Source of the DNA: Vermamoeba vermiformis
Lineage: Eukaryota
NCBI GenBank assembly: GCA_045837725.1
Contig: JBEWZL010000152.1
Span: 124,001-188,000 of the forward strand
Length of the DNA stretch: 64,000 nucleotides
Direction of reading: 5' to 3'
Shown piece by piece: positions 10,901 through 26,309 of this stretch. The notes beneath the pieces were generated by a model. It saw nothing but the letters and a program-made list of their open reading frames with translations, searched no databases and was not told the origin of the DNA. Made by a program: the position numbers and the translations under genes. How positions within the stretch are numbered: position 1 is the stretch's first letter; each line of letters begins with the position of its first letter.

Positions 10901-13385
10901 TAGGCAATTACCTGAATCGGATTAACCGTTGGTTTTCTTCTATTTTGAGCACCAGTTGGTTTTCTAGCGGTAGTCAGGCCTGGTTTCGGAACAGCTCCGG
11001 CAGCGGCAGATGTGGTAGTTGTTCCGCCAGCCTTTGCCGCCGCTTTAGTTTTTCCGTCAGCACCCGCGCTCTTTTTAGCTCCAGCCTTTGCCGGGCTATT
11101 TTTAGATCCTTTTGCCGGTGCAGCTTTAGTCTTGCCAGTTGTACTTGAAGTTTTCTTCGCTGCAGCTTTTGTGGTCGTTGCTTTTGTACCTTTTGCAGGA
11201 GCTGCTTTTGTCGCACTTGTCTTTGCATTTGTATTGCTGGCAGTTGATTTTTCAGATTTTTTCGCGGTTGCTTTTGGCGCTGCTGCCTTTGCAGAGGCCG
11301 CGGCAGGTTTTTCCGCTTTGGTAGCCGCCTGTGCAGTCGCCGGCTTCGACTCTTTAGGCTTCGCACTCGAGGCTGTTGTAGTTGGCTTTGCTGCGGGCTT
11401 TTCAGCAGCCTTTGTAGTCGTTGTCGTGGTCGTTCTCGGTGTCTTAACGCTGGCTGGTTTCGGTGCAGTTTTCGCGGCAGCAGTTGATGGTAATGTGACA
11501 GGTGTCAACTTCGGTTTAGCTGCTGCTGAAGTGCTAGTAGCAGCTGGTTTCTCTGTCTTAGCAGCTGTCGTGCTCGTTTTAGTACTTGCTGCTGAAGTAG
11601 ACGTCGCGTGGTTCGCGGAGTTTTGGGCTTAGCTGCCTCAGTCTTTTTTGCAGCCTTAGTTTCTTTTGGCTTGGACGCAGAAACGGCTGTTTTAGTTGTG
11701 GCTCCTGCCGCCGCTGTTGTGCTCGTCTTTGCCGAGGTAGTAGTTGTCGTGGAAGTTCTCGGAGTCTTCGGCTTTTCAGCTTTTGGAGCGACCTTTGTGG
11801 CTGTACTCGTTGTAGTTGTAACTGCTCTAGGCGTCTTAGGCTTAGCAGCCTTAGGCTCCACTTTAGTCACAGTTGCTTCTTTTGCAGCTGTTGCGGTCGT
11901 CTTTGGCTTCGCAGGCTCAGCTTTCGGCTTAACTTCCGTCTTCGAGCTTGTTTTTGCTGCGGCCGTCGTTGATTTTTTAGCTGATGCTGTCACAGTTACA
12001 GATTTGTCCGCTGTCTTCTTCGTCGCTGTAGTTGATGTTGTTGTACGTGGTGAAGGAGCGCTAAGTTTAGACTTTTCTTTTGGTTTTGCGGCTGAGGCCG
12101 TTGTCTTTGTCGTTGAAATCTTGGGAATTCCCGAGGCCTTTGGTTTTGCTAACTTTGAAGCAGCAGGTTTAGCCGTTGTTGCAGAAGGTGCAGGAGCTTC
12201 CTGTAAATTAACTTGCTCAGAACATTGTCCAAAATTTACTATGTTTACCTTTTCCTGCTTTGGCTGTTCTTCGGGCATTTCCTCTTCTTCGTCATCGTGC
12301 GTTTCGTCTTGATGACCAACGGTATGTGGTTCTTCTAACTGGCTTGACTTGACCACTTCCTCATTATTTTCGTGTTTGGTCTCAGATGCCAGATCGTGGG
12401 ACGTGTTTCCTTCATTCACCTCTTGTTCAGCATGATGTTCTTCCTCATCAAGTTCAGTGTCGTGCTTTAATACTTTTGGTTCGGCGTGTATTTCGCTAGC
12501 ATGCTCCGAGTCAGGTGTCTGTGTGGTGCTATTTTCGTTAGAAGGTGCTGGAACATCGTCCGTTTCATTGGCTTCTTCGCAAAACACAGACGCATCGTGA
12601 TCGTGCGTATTTTCAATGTCCTTGACTTCTTCAAGTACATCTTGCGGCGCTTCATCGTGGTGCTCGTTGCTATCCTCATTGTTGGTTGGATTTGCAACTT
12701 CCTCGTGCGGCTCTTCAGTCGCGTCGTCTGCGCTGTCTTCGTGCACCGTCTCTTCAACATTATGACCAGTGTCTGCGTGATTGACACGCACGCCTTCTTC
12801 GTGATGATTTAATACGTTCTCATCGTGGGCAGTGTCATCATGAGATGTCACGTGAGTACTGTCTTCACGTGGACTTGACACGTGCTCTTCGTTCGTTGTT
12901 TCTGGCTCTTCGTGGTACTCTTCTGTGACATCAGCTTGATCCTCTTCATGATAATCTTCGACTACAGCTGTTGCTGCATCTTCTGAAGCTGGTGCCTCGA
13001 TGCTGCCGTCGTGTTGAACAACCTTGTCAGACGACACATCCGCGACATCGTTGCTATCTTCGGGCGACTCATTATTCAGTTGATCTGCCGAAAATTCTTC
13101 GTGCTCGGGAGTCTCAACGTGTTCATGACTAGGATTTTCCTGTTCATGAACGACAGGCGCGGGATTATCCTCGAGTTTGACCTCATTGGCAGGAGTAGGT
13201 TTTTTCTTCAACCACGGCTTTTCAGCGGGATATACTCGTTTAGGCGTTAATAGCTCTTCGATGCTTTTTTGTTTTGATTTTTCTACGAGTTCATCGCCGT
13301 TAGGGTTGTAAAAAGTCGGACCTGTCTCGTCATCCAAGATCTGCTCATCGTCTACTGCATTATCTACGTCCTCATTGTCAGACAT
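7968..13385 (-). CDS. Large villin/gelsolin-family actin-binding protein: acidic His-rich N-terminus, Lys/Thr/Ala/Pro-rich region, gelsolin repeats, C-terminal villin headpiece; apparent frameshift near 11608
   Basis: Gelsolin motifs CAFVLDTKDKIFVWYG, YGHFFSGESYLILYTY, IYFWQGRNS, DVFILDCKDSIWVWFG; headpiece YMTDEEFERIFGMNKEDFENLSDWKRIELKKQKQLF*; ORFs 11505-13385 and 10900-11508 join after a 1-nt shift. Confidence 0.88.
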
Positions 13386-13962
13386 TACCTAATATAACAT
13401 ATAAATTAGCATTAGAATGCATTAGTGCCTAACGTCAACAGAAAAAAAAGCAAAAATTAAATTTAAAATATCTCATGCACTCGGAAATTACGTAAATACT
13501 CGGTATAATACAATTATTAATGCGGTAGCATTTTTTAAAATAAATTTTAGCGAATTAAACAATCAAATCCGAAAAAGCGGGTTAAATCTGCTGTTAAGTT
13601 TCGATAGTTACCTAGAATTGATACAAATTAATATCCTTATTGTTGACCACTTGTGACGAGCTTTACAATTCGATTCAATTTAAAAACTTATTCATGAAGC
13701 TGAAAAACGGAAACAAAAACACGGTTTCAGTTTATCCCGGCCCTTTACCCCGCAAATCCACATTAGCAACAAAAGATATGCTGCTAAGCAGTCGTAAAAA
13801 TAGGAGATTGATTGAGGATCCGCAGTTTCCATTTTGAGCCAGCTAATCTGCTTAAAAAGGCGAAAACGATCCTTTACGCTAGGTTGTTTATTATTAACAA
13901 TAATAAAGCGACTACATACATGTACAACAAAATTTACATCAGCTAATACTACAAGTTCTTTC

Positions 13963-16900
13963 TCAGTTAAATCCACCGCACTTTTCTTGCACGAAGCGTA
14001 CTAAGCAACTATCCAACACTTCGTACTTTTTAGTGCAAGGTACTGGATCGTTCTTGTGAATATCTGCAAAGAAAGGATGCGTCAAAACTCGATCCGCGCT
14101 TGGTCTGGCTTGGGGATCGAACTGCAAAATTGACGCAATCAAATCAATGCACTTTTCTTTGAGGTCTTGTTCGTCTTGTTTGAATATCAATGGCATAGGC
14201 TCCTTTGATGGCTTGGCAATGTTATTAGGCCAGTTCTCGATTTGGGCACGGAAGCTGGTGTTTTCCTTTTTCGGCCAATCACCACGTATTGGCAACTTAT
14301 TTACAACAGTAAGGTCCCTAAATATGATTATTAGGAACGCCCTTATAAATATTTATCTTGCGGTCTTACCTAGGTCTGCATTCTTGGACTGACAGCACGT
14401 CGTGCACAAGCTGCTTCGCGTTTTTGCTCATCAAAAGTACGCGACCACCGCGAATGACTTCAGCCATAGTAATGCCTAAATAGGATATAAATAGTAGTCC
14501 TTAATGTTTACAATGACCACGTACCCATGGACCACACGTCACACTTCTTCCAATCCATATTTACAGCGTTCAAGTCGTTGTTCAACTCGTCTGAGTTTCT
14601 ACGACGTTCGAGTCGTTTGTGAAGTACGTGTTGCAATGCCGCTAGTTCGGGCGCCATATACACAATATTATAATACAGATTCGGCAATGGAGCCATAAGT
14701 GATTTCTAGACAAAAGATTTTAGTCTCGATCCGGATCGTGTCAACTTGCAATTTGTACGTACCTCTGCTTCATCGCCTAAGAAGGCATCGTTTAGAGACC
14801 TAGCTTGAGCGAAGCTAGTCAGCTTAGCCTTGTAATAATTGCCAACCATCTCGACCAAGATGCTAGACGGCTTGATGTCTCGATGCACGATATCACCGCT
14901 AAAAAAAATTACGCTTAGAAACAGAGGTGTCCAGACATTAGCGACTATTTAATACTTACCTATGCAAGTAGAACAGAGCACTGAACATTTGATAGAAAAT
15001 TGTTTGAATGTTCTTCATAGTCAGCTGCGTGCTAGCACATACATAGCCCAAGTCGTGTTGAATGTACGGCAAACTGGAAATTTCGTTAGTAACGCTACTT
15101 CATCGAGTATAATATCAATACTATACTTACATCTCGTAAAAACAGCTAGTCTCGCGGATTATGCCCAACGGCTTGATGATGTAAGGGTAGTCCAACGTCG
15201 TCAAAATCAACGGCTCCCTGAAGGCGTGGAAGAACAAAGGACTTCTGTGCAGCTCTTCCTTGGTGAACTCTTCAATGTCTTTGCTGCTCTCGAGCTTTTG
15301 TGGCTCAGGAACACTGCGGCCAAAGAACTTTGTCGGGGTGCTCGTGCTCGCGCTTGGTTTGTACGCGGGCAAATCGAACTTCTTGACAATGTAGCTCGTG
15401 CTCGTAGCAACTTCTTCAACGCGCCAAATAGGACTTGCACGTGACGTGCCTCGGCGCTCACAGAATTTGTACTCGCTTTTGTTTTTGATCAGCGGACCTG
15501 AATGGCCCCATAGTCGTCGGAAGATGTCCGTGGGCGAGGCAAATTTTGTAGCAATCTTGTAAATAGGATCTTTGACGCTCTCTAAGTAACTAGCAGGACC
15601 CGTCGGACTTCTATCCGAATCACCTCGGAGTTTTCCCTGTAACAATGTCAGACGCAAAAAAAAGGAAAAGAAATGAGGATAGACTTACAGATGAATTACG
15701 CTTCTGAACGCGCAACTTGTCTTCTTTTTTTCTTAACTTGGCAAGTGTGTCTTCGAGTTCGGAGGACACTTCGACGAGTTGTTTTTTGAGCCCTTCCGAT
15801 TTTTTCTTTGCCTTTTCTAGTTGCAGCTGATACTCTTGTTGCAGCTTCTGTTGCTGTTTTTCTTTTTGACTGATCGCTGCAAGTGCTTCTTGTTGTCTGT
15901 CTTGCAGCTCTAACTCACGTTGCGCAAGCGTGTTCTTCTCGCGTTCGATGAGGGCGTTCTGTTCTTGCAATTGTCTCAAGAGCTTTCGTGACTGCTCGCT
16001 GTCTTGCTGAGTCTCACGTAGTGCCTTTTGTAATTGCTCACCTCTATAAAATTATTAATACAACGGTCAAAATTATTGCTCGATCTGATCTACCTCTTCT
16101 TTTCTTGGTCGAGAATGTTCGATTGATAGTGCAATCTATTATTAGCATCAGCGACTTCTAACTCCTTTTCTTGACGTAATTCTTCGAGTTCATGTTCGAA
16201 CAACTGTAGCTCTTCGTTTTTACGTTGCAGATCTCGCTCCACTTCTTCGTTTCGTTTTTGAAGTTCTGAAAGATACGTGACGTTAATATCTCATTATAAT
16301 ACGTGTTAACTGTGAATTTATAGCAATATGTAAAGATATTAAGGCTATAGATCGTTGAGGGACATCATTAAACCGAAATTTCTCTTTGGTGCACGCGATA
16401 GATCTTGCGTCTGAAAATGATTGCATAATGCTCTATAGTATTATTTAACGTGTAACATACCTTCCAGTTGCGCTATGACTTGATCTCGTTCGTATTCGCG
16501 TTCACGAACTAAAGCCCAGAGCTCTTCCATATTTTCGTTCTTGGCCTGTTGGAATGGATCCACCTCCGCTGGCTGATTCTGAAAATTATTGTTGAACGGG
16601 TTGTTATTGAACGGATTGGCATTGACATTATTATCGTTGTTCTTATTTTCATTGTCGTTGTTGCCTTGCTTCGCCTTTGATTTGATAATAAAGTCGCGAA
16701 GAGTTTCAGCGAAATAATTTCGTGAATAGCCTGAGAGGACTTGCCTATAGAAACGAGTATAATAATTAATAACTACTATAATTAAGACTTTGCAGGAAAT
16801 TTAATTGACGTTCAGCATTGAAGGGTCGATCGAATTTCGTAAAAATGTAGTAATAAATACCAAAGGCATTTGCAGCAATATTAACGGAAAATTTGGCTTT

Positions 16901-17436
16901 TAGTTGTATAATAGGCTAATATTATCGAATTAGAACTGAAAAGAATAATTTTTAACCTTCGATCTCCCTCGTCAATCCAAACAAAAAAATTTGCTTCTGA
17001 TGAGCAACCGCGCAACTGTTTAGTAATTTGGTATAATTATAATATTATATGATATAACTTACTTGCACTGAGGACATTCTGCTGCTTTGCCTGCATTTTT
17101 TGCTCTTTGGAAGATGTCGCTTGCGCATTCCTCGCACAAAGAGTGGCCTATTAATATCATTTTAATTAATACAACGTGCATGTCTTTCATTGATTAAGCT
17201 CCGCTTACCGCAAGAATTAGCATTAGCCTCGCCTTCATTATTGGATTTGGCCTCCAAGACCACAATCCTTTTACGGTCGTCGTCGAATTCTTCCATGCAT
17301 ATCATGCTTGATAAATAACGAATTTATTATTAAAATAATTTTTAAATACAAAGGTGGATTAAGATCTTAATTTGCAGTGTCGGATCGCATCTTACCACGA
17401 AAGCAATTCGGCGCCTATTGATCCGTTCATATCCAT
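13963..17436 (-). CDS. RING finger + coiled coil + MAPK/CMGC-like kinase-fold protein (probable pseudokinase), multi-exon
   Basis: Spliced RING CMICMEEF...CGHSLCEECASDIF...ECPQC; Asn-rich linker; long Q/E/K coiled coil; kinase motifs YIVKK, HRDIKPSSILV, KLTSFAQAR (DFG->SFA), YMAPE, CDVWSMG, LQFDPQARPSADRVLTHPFF. Confidence 0.8.
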
Positions 17437-17598
17437 TTTAACGTTCCTATACACAAGTTGAATATACAAATATTATACAATACACATAAATACAAAATAA
17501 AACAGAGGTGTGTTGCTCTCTTGGTCGAGATCAAAACGAAATAAATTGAAAAAAATTTTGATTTTATCAATCCACGAACACAAGATCAATAGGATAAT

Positions 17599-19406
<1,808 letters not shown>

Positions 19407-19596
19407 TAAAGCATGTAAATAATATAATCTCTCCTCGTGTTCTCCATCTTTGCACGTTTTTTTTTCGCTGATCCAAAAAAAATGCCTCGGGCTAAAAAAC
19501 AAGTCCGACATGCCTTTCAGTCCGTTCAGGTCGCTCATCCGTGTAGCAGAAGAGCAAATAATTGTTGTATAATATAATACCCAATAATCAGACAAG

Positions 19597-21439
19597 ATGA
19601 GCAAGGGATCAGAGAAAAGTCGCGGAAAGAAACCCAATCCTAAATTGCCCGAGGAGATTGAAGACAAATTTAAGAATGTTACTATTGGTATTATTTCACC
19701 GACTAACGTACGTACTTTTAACTAGCAAGATCTGGATTCGACCGTTATTATTTTTTCGATCCAAAAAATTATAATAATCCCCAAATACCGATACAATAAT
19801 TGCTATATACATATAATAATTTATGCACGATAAATCTATCGAAAAGGAATTTATTGGTGAATATTTTATTAATGGATCGATCGCATCAGACTGCTACTAT
19901 GGAACACCACTCAATATTTGCACCACTTGGTTTCGACAATAGTTTCGATTTGGACGAATTTAAGAAGAATTTCAAAATTAAAATCATCTCTTATGATGAA
20001 AACGAGTTGGTGTTCGATCTTATCGGTGTTGACGCCGCTGTTGCCAATGCTTTCAGACGTATATTGATTGCCGAAGTAAGTATCAAAAACGAACATTATT
20101 GTAATTATTATTTGATTATGATTCAATAATTGACAAATCCAAGATGCGATCAGATCGCGTTTCTGGATTCATTTTCAAAATTTTCAAAATTAAGAATTTA
20201 AAACAGATTTATTAATGAAAATATTAGGTGCCCACAGTAGCTATTGAAACCGTTTATATTCGCGACAACACATCCATGATCCAAGACGAAGTTTTAGCAC
20301 ACAGATTGGGCTTAATTCCCATCAAAGCTGATCCTCGCAAATTCGAGCCTATTGTTAATCCTAGTACGTCTTATCGGCTACTATAATATTTACCATATTA
20401 GACGCTAATATGATTATTACATAGACGAATATACTGACACAAACACACTCGTGTTCAATTTGACCGTAACTTGCGAACACAATCCTGACGGAAAAGATTC
20501 AGAGAACGAAGACGAAAAATATATTAACTCTAAGGGTACGTCTCGCAAATACAATAATAAGCTTAATCTATTCTAGCAAATTGCTTGAAATTTTTTGATC
20601 CAGATCTCGTAAATTTGCAAATAAGATTGTTTAATTTTATTAGGGACTCTCATTTTAATATTACCTTAATGGTACTTACTGATTGACTAATTTGTTTATA
20701 GTGTACTCGCACCATTTGGAGTGGAATCCTCAAGGCCAGCAACAACAACAAATGGCTGATGTTCGACCAGTCTACGAAGATATTTTGATCGCCAAGTTGC
20801 GCCCCGGACAAACAATCGATGTCGTGTGCTACTGTCAAAAGGGAGTTGGCAAAGACCACGCCAAGTACTCACCGGTCTCGACTGCTGCTTACAGGTAAAG
20901 TCTCGAGCTCATACTATAATTACTATATTTAAAATTATACGTGCAACTAGCTCACTCGCAAAATTTTCAGATTGTTGCCTAAGATCGAATTTCTCGAAGA
21001 AATTACTGGTGCCAAGGCGAAAGAACTCGTCGATTTGTGCCCTATGAAAGTATTTGATATTGAAGATCTTGGTGGTGTTAAGAAGGCACGTGTGGCTAAT
21101 CCTAGAAACTGCACTATGTGCCGTGAGTGCATCCGCGATCCCGAAAACCAACAGAAAATCAAGTTGTCTCGCCAAAAGGATCACTTTATCTGTAAGTATC
21201 ATATTATATTAGAACGTATTTATATAAGCCACAATGCTCAATGCTGGCTTTAGTACAAGTGTTTCAATTTGATCCCGATCTAACTTATTGTTTTAGTCTC
21301 TATTGAAAGTGTTGGAATTTTGCCGCCTGAGATTTTGTTCGAAGAGGCTGTTAAAGTACTGTTGGACAAAATTACCAAGCTTCAAACCGAATTAGCCAAA
21401 CTTCAACAAGGCCATCCTGAAGACGAGAACAACCAATAA
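19597..21439 (+). CDS. POLR1C: RNA polymerase I/III shared subunit RPAC1 (RPC40)
   Basis: [31 protein letters not shown]...[77 protein letters not shown]. Confidence 0.96.
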
Positions 21440-21536
21440 AATCGTTAGTTTTGAATAATAAATATTATTTCATAAGAAGTAGAATCCAATTATTTTTATA
21501 AACATTGTTTATGATTCGGTAATATTTACTAAATTT

Positions 21537-23556
21537 TTATTTTTTCGCGCTAACTGGAGGCATTCTGTACGGGAACAAAGCCATTTCACTGTATCTATGA
21601 ACGGTGTCCAAAATCATGATTTGTTCATCGGCACCAGCGGAGTCGCAGCCAGACACAAACGCGTTGTCGCAAGTCGAGCCACCGAAGCAGTAAATTGCGT
21701 CGTCAGAACCGATGCATGATTTTCTGAACGAAGGGATTGGCAAGGCTGGTCTGCTGAACCATTGTTGGGCTTTAGGATCGTAAGCCTAAAAATGAATAAT
21801 AGTCAGGACCTATTGATAAAATACCCATCCTTGCGGGAGATAGATTAATATTGGTACGTACATCAACTACTTGAATAGGATGGCTCAATCCGTTCGTAGC
21901 AACTTCACCACCAATAACAAATACTTGATCGTGGAGCACGGCCATACCAGCGTCACTATTTAATATGATATTAATAACCGGCGATGAAGAATACTTTTCA
22001 CAGCGCGTGCATAAATTTGAGTTGGATCCGGATAAGTTTGCACGAGCAGATCCACGAATGGTTACAAAAAATAGCTAGGTATGTGTATAGTTAAATTATA
22101 ATAGGTCTTACCCTCTAGCAGTAGGCATAGGCTCACGAAGCACCCATTGGTTCAAAGTCGGTTCGAAGCTCTCAAAAGTGTTCAAAATGGGGTAGTTCGG
22201 AGCACTGCCGTAACCTCCAGCAACAAAAATTCTGCCGTCCAACTCAACAGCTAGACAATAAGTGTTAGCTATATATAAATTATACAGTTTGAGCTCATTA
22301 TGATAATTACCTTCAATATCACCACGTGCCAAATTCATGTCTGGACCACGGACCCAGTACTGACTAGTAATGTCGTAAACATCGGTGCCTATAGTAACAA
22401 ATACATTAGTACATATTAAAATTAATTAAGGAGTCCTTATTATATTCAAAACTTAGACTTACTGTTCAACGAGGTATAGTCACCATCGTATCCACCCATG
22501 ACGTACAAAGTATCGTCGACAATAGCGGCTGACATATCAGATCTGCGTATAATAATAATCAGTATTGAGGAGTGCATTAAATGATGATAACCCCGCATTT
22601 CGGTTCAAGTTGGATTTGCTTCGGGATCGAATCTGCCGTTACCTGGGAGTAGGCAATGTCTTATGCTTTAGCCATACGTTAGTATCAATTCTATACTCTT
22701 CAACTGCGCCTAATACAGTATCAGTGTCGCGTGCACGACCGCCAATAACGAAGAAACTGTTCTTATGTGCGTAGGCAGCAAAACGGTATCTACAAAATGA
22801 AGAATTAGGAGTATATATAATAGGGACTAATTAATACCTTGCTGTTGGCATAGGAGGACCAGAAGTCCAGCTATCAGTTTGGGGATCGTAGATGTCGAGC
22901 GTGTCCAACGTTGGTGTAACAGCATCGATCTTATTCGTGCCACCAACCACGTAGATTTTTCCATTTACAAATAGTGCTTCATGGTCACTAAATAAGACGG
23001 TTAAAAGAAGGTCTTAGGGGTGAATCTCCGAGATTTGGAAATGGGATCGAGAAATAAACCGGTAATATTATTAATTGACTTACCTACGAGGCGTTGGCAT
23101 TTTAGTTCTGTTTGTCCATTGTCCTACTACCACGGGCTAGTGTGAAATAACGATCAGATCCCAATTTATAATTATTTTTTAGCTAGATCGTCAAATTTTA
23201 ATTACAATTTGCAAGAAAAATATTAAATAAAATATTACCATGCCGACAGGTTCGTATCCAAAGGGAGGCACATAATTATCAGTCCAAATAACTTGTTGTG
23301 AAGAGAGATCTTCTAAGGAAGAAATTCGTGCTGCGAGATAATCATTATCAAGCTCGGTAAATATGCCAATAATGACAATAAGGATGAGCAATACGGCAAA
23401 CATGCATCCTAAGAAGATAACCCACAACTTCAATCTTCTCAACGTCGCATTCAGCTCGCTAGCGGTCAAGATCCGAGCAGTGCCTTGGCCCGCATTTCTT
23501 GATACCTCTGCTTCGCCCAGCGACTTGCTGTCTAATGGTATTTCGTCTACTTCCAT
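21537..23556 (-). CDS. Kelch-repeat protein with a single N-terminal transmembrane segment (type II membrane protein), multi-exon
   Basis: TM LWVIFLGCMFAVLLILIVIIGIF; Kelch repeats GKIYVVGG, DTLYVMGGYDG, DGRIFVAGGYG...FESFEPTLNQWVLREPMPTAR, IYCFGG. Confidence 0.85.
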
Positions 23557-23888
23557 TGTGGCGTTTGAAATAATAATGAAAATGACGAGCAATTAATCAA
23601 ACGGTCAAAAAGTCCGAAAAGATCCAAATGTGATCGATTCTAGAATGGCGGCAATGACACCATCATATATCAATAAGCATACTATTAATTGAGGTAGAGT
23701 ATCTCTTTAGATACGCGATCTGCTGAGTCTATTAAAACACGTTTTCAACGTCTTGGACTCCAAATCTCGATTGAAATAAATAGAATGGTATTATTTAAGC
23801 ATAATAACTTATTTACACGATGATTGCACAAATACAAGAGCATAGTTACTCGTGGTCGTAGAAACATACGGATGTGGCCACCTTATTA

Positions 23889-26309
23889 TTATTCAATCGG
23901 CTCAGCGACGTCGCTTGTTTGAGTAATGGATCTTTCAAGAGGAGATTTGACGAAAGATGTAGTTCGGCTCAAAGAAGTTGCAGTAGTGCCTGAACCACTT
24001 CCAGATGCAGTCTTAGCGTTCGAAGAGCCTTGTGCGGCTGTAGGCTCAGTAAATAGATATATTCTAGCCCACGAGTCAGCAATAATAGTCGCATATATAA
24101 AGGCTGAAGCAATGACATGAGGCAAAGGCACGGTGGCAATTGTAGGTGCGATGAAAATGATGACAGGAACCAGCGAGATAACGCGCACGACACCGTTAAT
24201 GATGATCTTCTTATTAACCTATAATGAAATGAAATTAATTAATGTCAGTTGATGGATTTGATGGTTAACTGAAACGTTACAAATGCGGATGTGTTCAAAA
24301 ATTTCATGAAGCGCACTTAAAAACAGCCAATAATAACCCAGTGTATTAAAAGCATATCAACTTACGCCGAGAACGTGTTGTTTAGTCTCATAACGCAGAG
24401 AACTGGCTTGCTTAACTTTCTTGCCGATCTTGACCACCGTGACAATGTAAAAGATCAAAAACGCGAGTGAAACGATGAGGTAAATGACGATGACTGGAGT
24501 AGTAATCTCAAATACGAGATAGTAGCCCAATATAGTCACCACAAAGATCACGACGATGAAGAGAATGATGAAGACGAAGAAGAACGGCTTGAATCTTGCC
24601 AAAAACGGGTAAATCTTGATTGAAGAGTCGGTAAGAGCTTCGTACCTATCAACATTACAATAGTTAGATTGAATTCAAGCAGATCTAAGGCGTCAAATAA
24701 ATTAAAATACAACGGAACATTTCCGGAGCGTAGTTTTCAATTAATATTGCCTTTAAAGCTTAAATGGTTTATGTATAAGCCTATTAAGCGGAACTTACCA
24801 ATAAAAAGTGATGAGGATGAACGTGGCAACTTCGTAAGGAAAACTGATCGTGGTAATGAACGAAAAAGTTTGACCGTAGACGCCAAAGCAAGCAAAAGGA
24901 TCGACAGGCAAGTATATTAATCGCACTATAGTGAGAAAAAAGCGTTAGAAAACGTTTCAATAACAGATCTAAAAATAAAACTTGGAGTTTTAATGCGCGT
25001 ATCAGTTAGAACGGGGTTTGAACTTAAGCTCGCGGTAATCTCGCAAAATTTTATGATTTTAACTTACGCAGGTTAGCAATAATTTCAAGAGCCAAGCAAA
25101 CTTGAGGTACGTTAAATTGATGGCCTTGATGACGAATAAACATTATCAATTTGTAAAGAGCGTAGCCGATGAGACCGACGCATGCTGCAGGCAATATAGC
25201 TCTGAAAACTACCGTCGTTGCGACGCTGACAATCGCATCTATCCATGGACTTCCTAATTTAGAAAAATTAACTAGTTAGCTATAACGTTAATCAAGTAAA
25301 ATGCGATTTGGATATTGAAACAGTGCCTTATGTGAAAATAAGATAATGTTGTAGTCAGGCGAATGCAAATTGCAAGACAAAGTTAACGAATTCAAACTTT
25401 ACTTAAAAGGAAGTAAAATGCGTTTAAATACAACAGGCACGAGAATTTTGAATAAATAAATTATATTAACAGATGGGTAATGGCAATGCCGATTAATCTG
25501 GAGTATATAATTTAATGGACCAAGTTCAACGTACAGAAATTTCGGAATTAGAAAGATTTGTGTTTCATTGCAGATCTTTATAAACAGCTCGTATTCTAAA
25601 CGTACCTTCAGAAGTCAACGTGGCGGTGATCAGGGTACCATTACCAAGCGCATCTAAGATCGGTTGGAACTCTTTATTGTTGATCTCAGAGATCGGAATG
25701 GTGATTTGTCCTGACGGATGATTCGCCGTTAAGCCGCATCCGTATTGACCGGCAACAACTTTCGTAAATTATATTAGCAATCGATACATCGAATATAAGC
25801 CTTAAATATAAAAGATTTGTTTCCAAATATTACCCGTTTTGGTTCACATAATTTCTTCGCGTGGTTAATACTTACGTGAACCAGTGCCATATACAATAGC
25901 GATAGCGCCCTTATCTTGTATATCAGTTACTATTTTCAGCCAGTCGTTTGCATTCACTTGGTTCAAGAAAACAATTTTGCCAGTGAGCACGTCGAAAGAT
26001 GCGTTTGCCAGTTGGCTTGTGACCGGTTCAAATGTGTAACTAAGATCGTCGCCTAATATAATATGAGATTAGTATCGACATTGAATCGACAGATGCGGAG
26101 TTTTTGCGCGCCATGCGGTTTTAATACTTGGCTGGCATTGTTTTTGGCTTGATCAACATACCTTTCCAATAATACTGAGAGGTCTGGAATGTCCAGTTAC
26201 CGATACTTGCATTCTCGATAATCAGTCTTGATTCGGTGCTGATTGCCAATAGCGCAAGTGTAATCACAAGCAGATTCAGCGGATGTAGCGTTCGGAGACC
26301 AAGTGTCAT
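23889..26309 (-). CDS. Signal peptide + PA-like domain + 7TM receptor-like protein, paralog 1; 7 exons
   Basis: LTGKIVF...IQDKGAIAIVYG...GQYGC...TIPISEI (PA-like); seven hydrophobic segments with FNVPQVCLALEIIANL, DPFACFG, TFILITFYW, DSWARIYLF; Ser/Thr-rich tail. Confidence 0.85.

Noticed and set aside
11012-12312. Long hydrophobic + strand ORFs (11012-11632, 11608-12312) resembling membrane proteins
   Set aside because: Antisense shadows of the Lys/Thr/Ala-rich villin exon; their V/A/F/L bias is the reverse complement of its codons
13692-13976. 94-aa minus-strand ORF right after the RING-kinase stop
   Set aside because: No recognisable motif; the kinase ends naturally at 13963; probably 3' UTR
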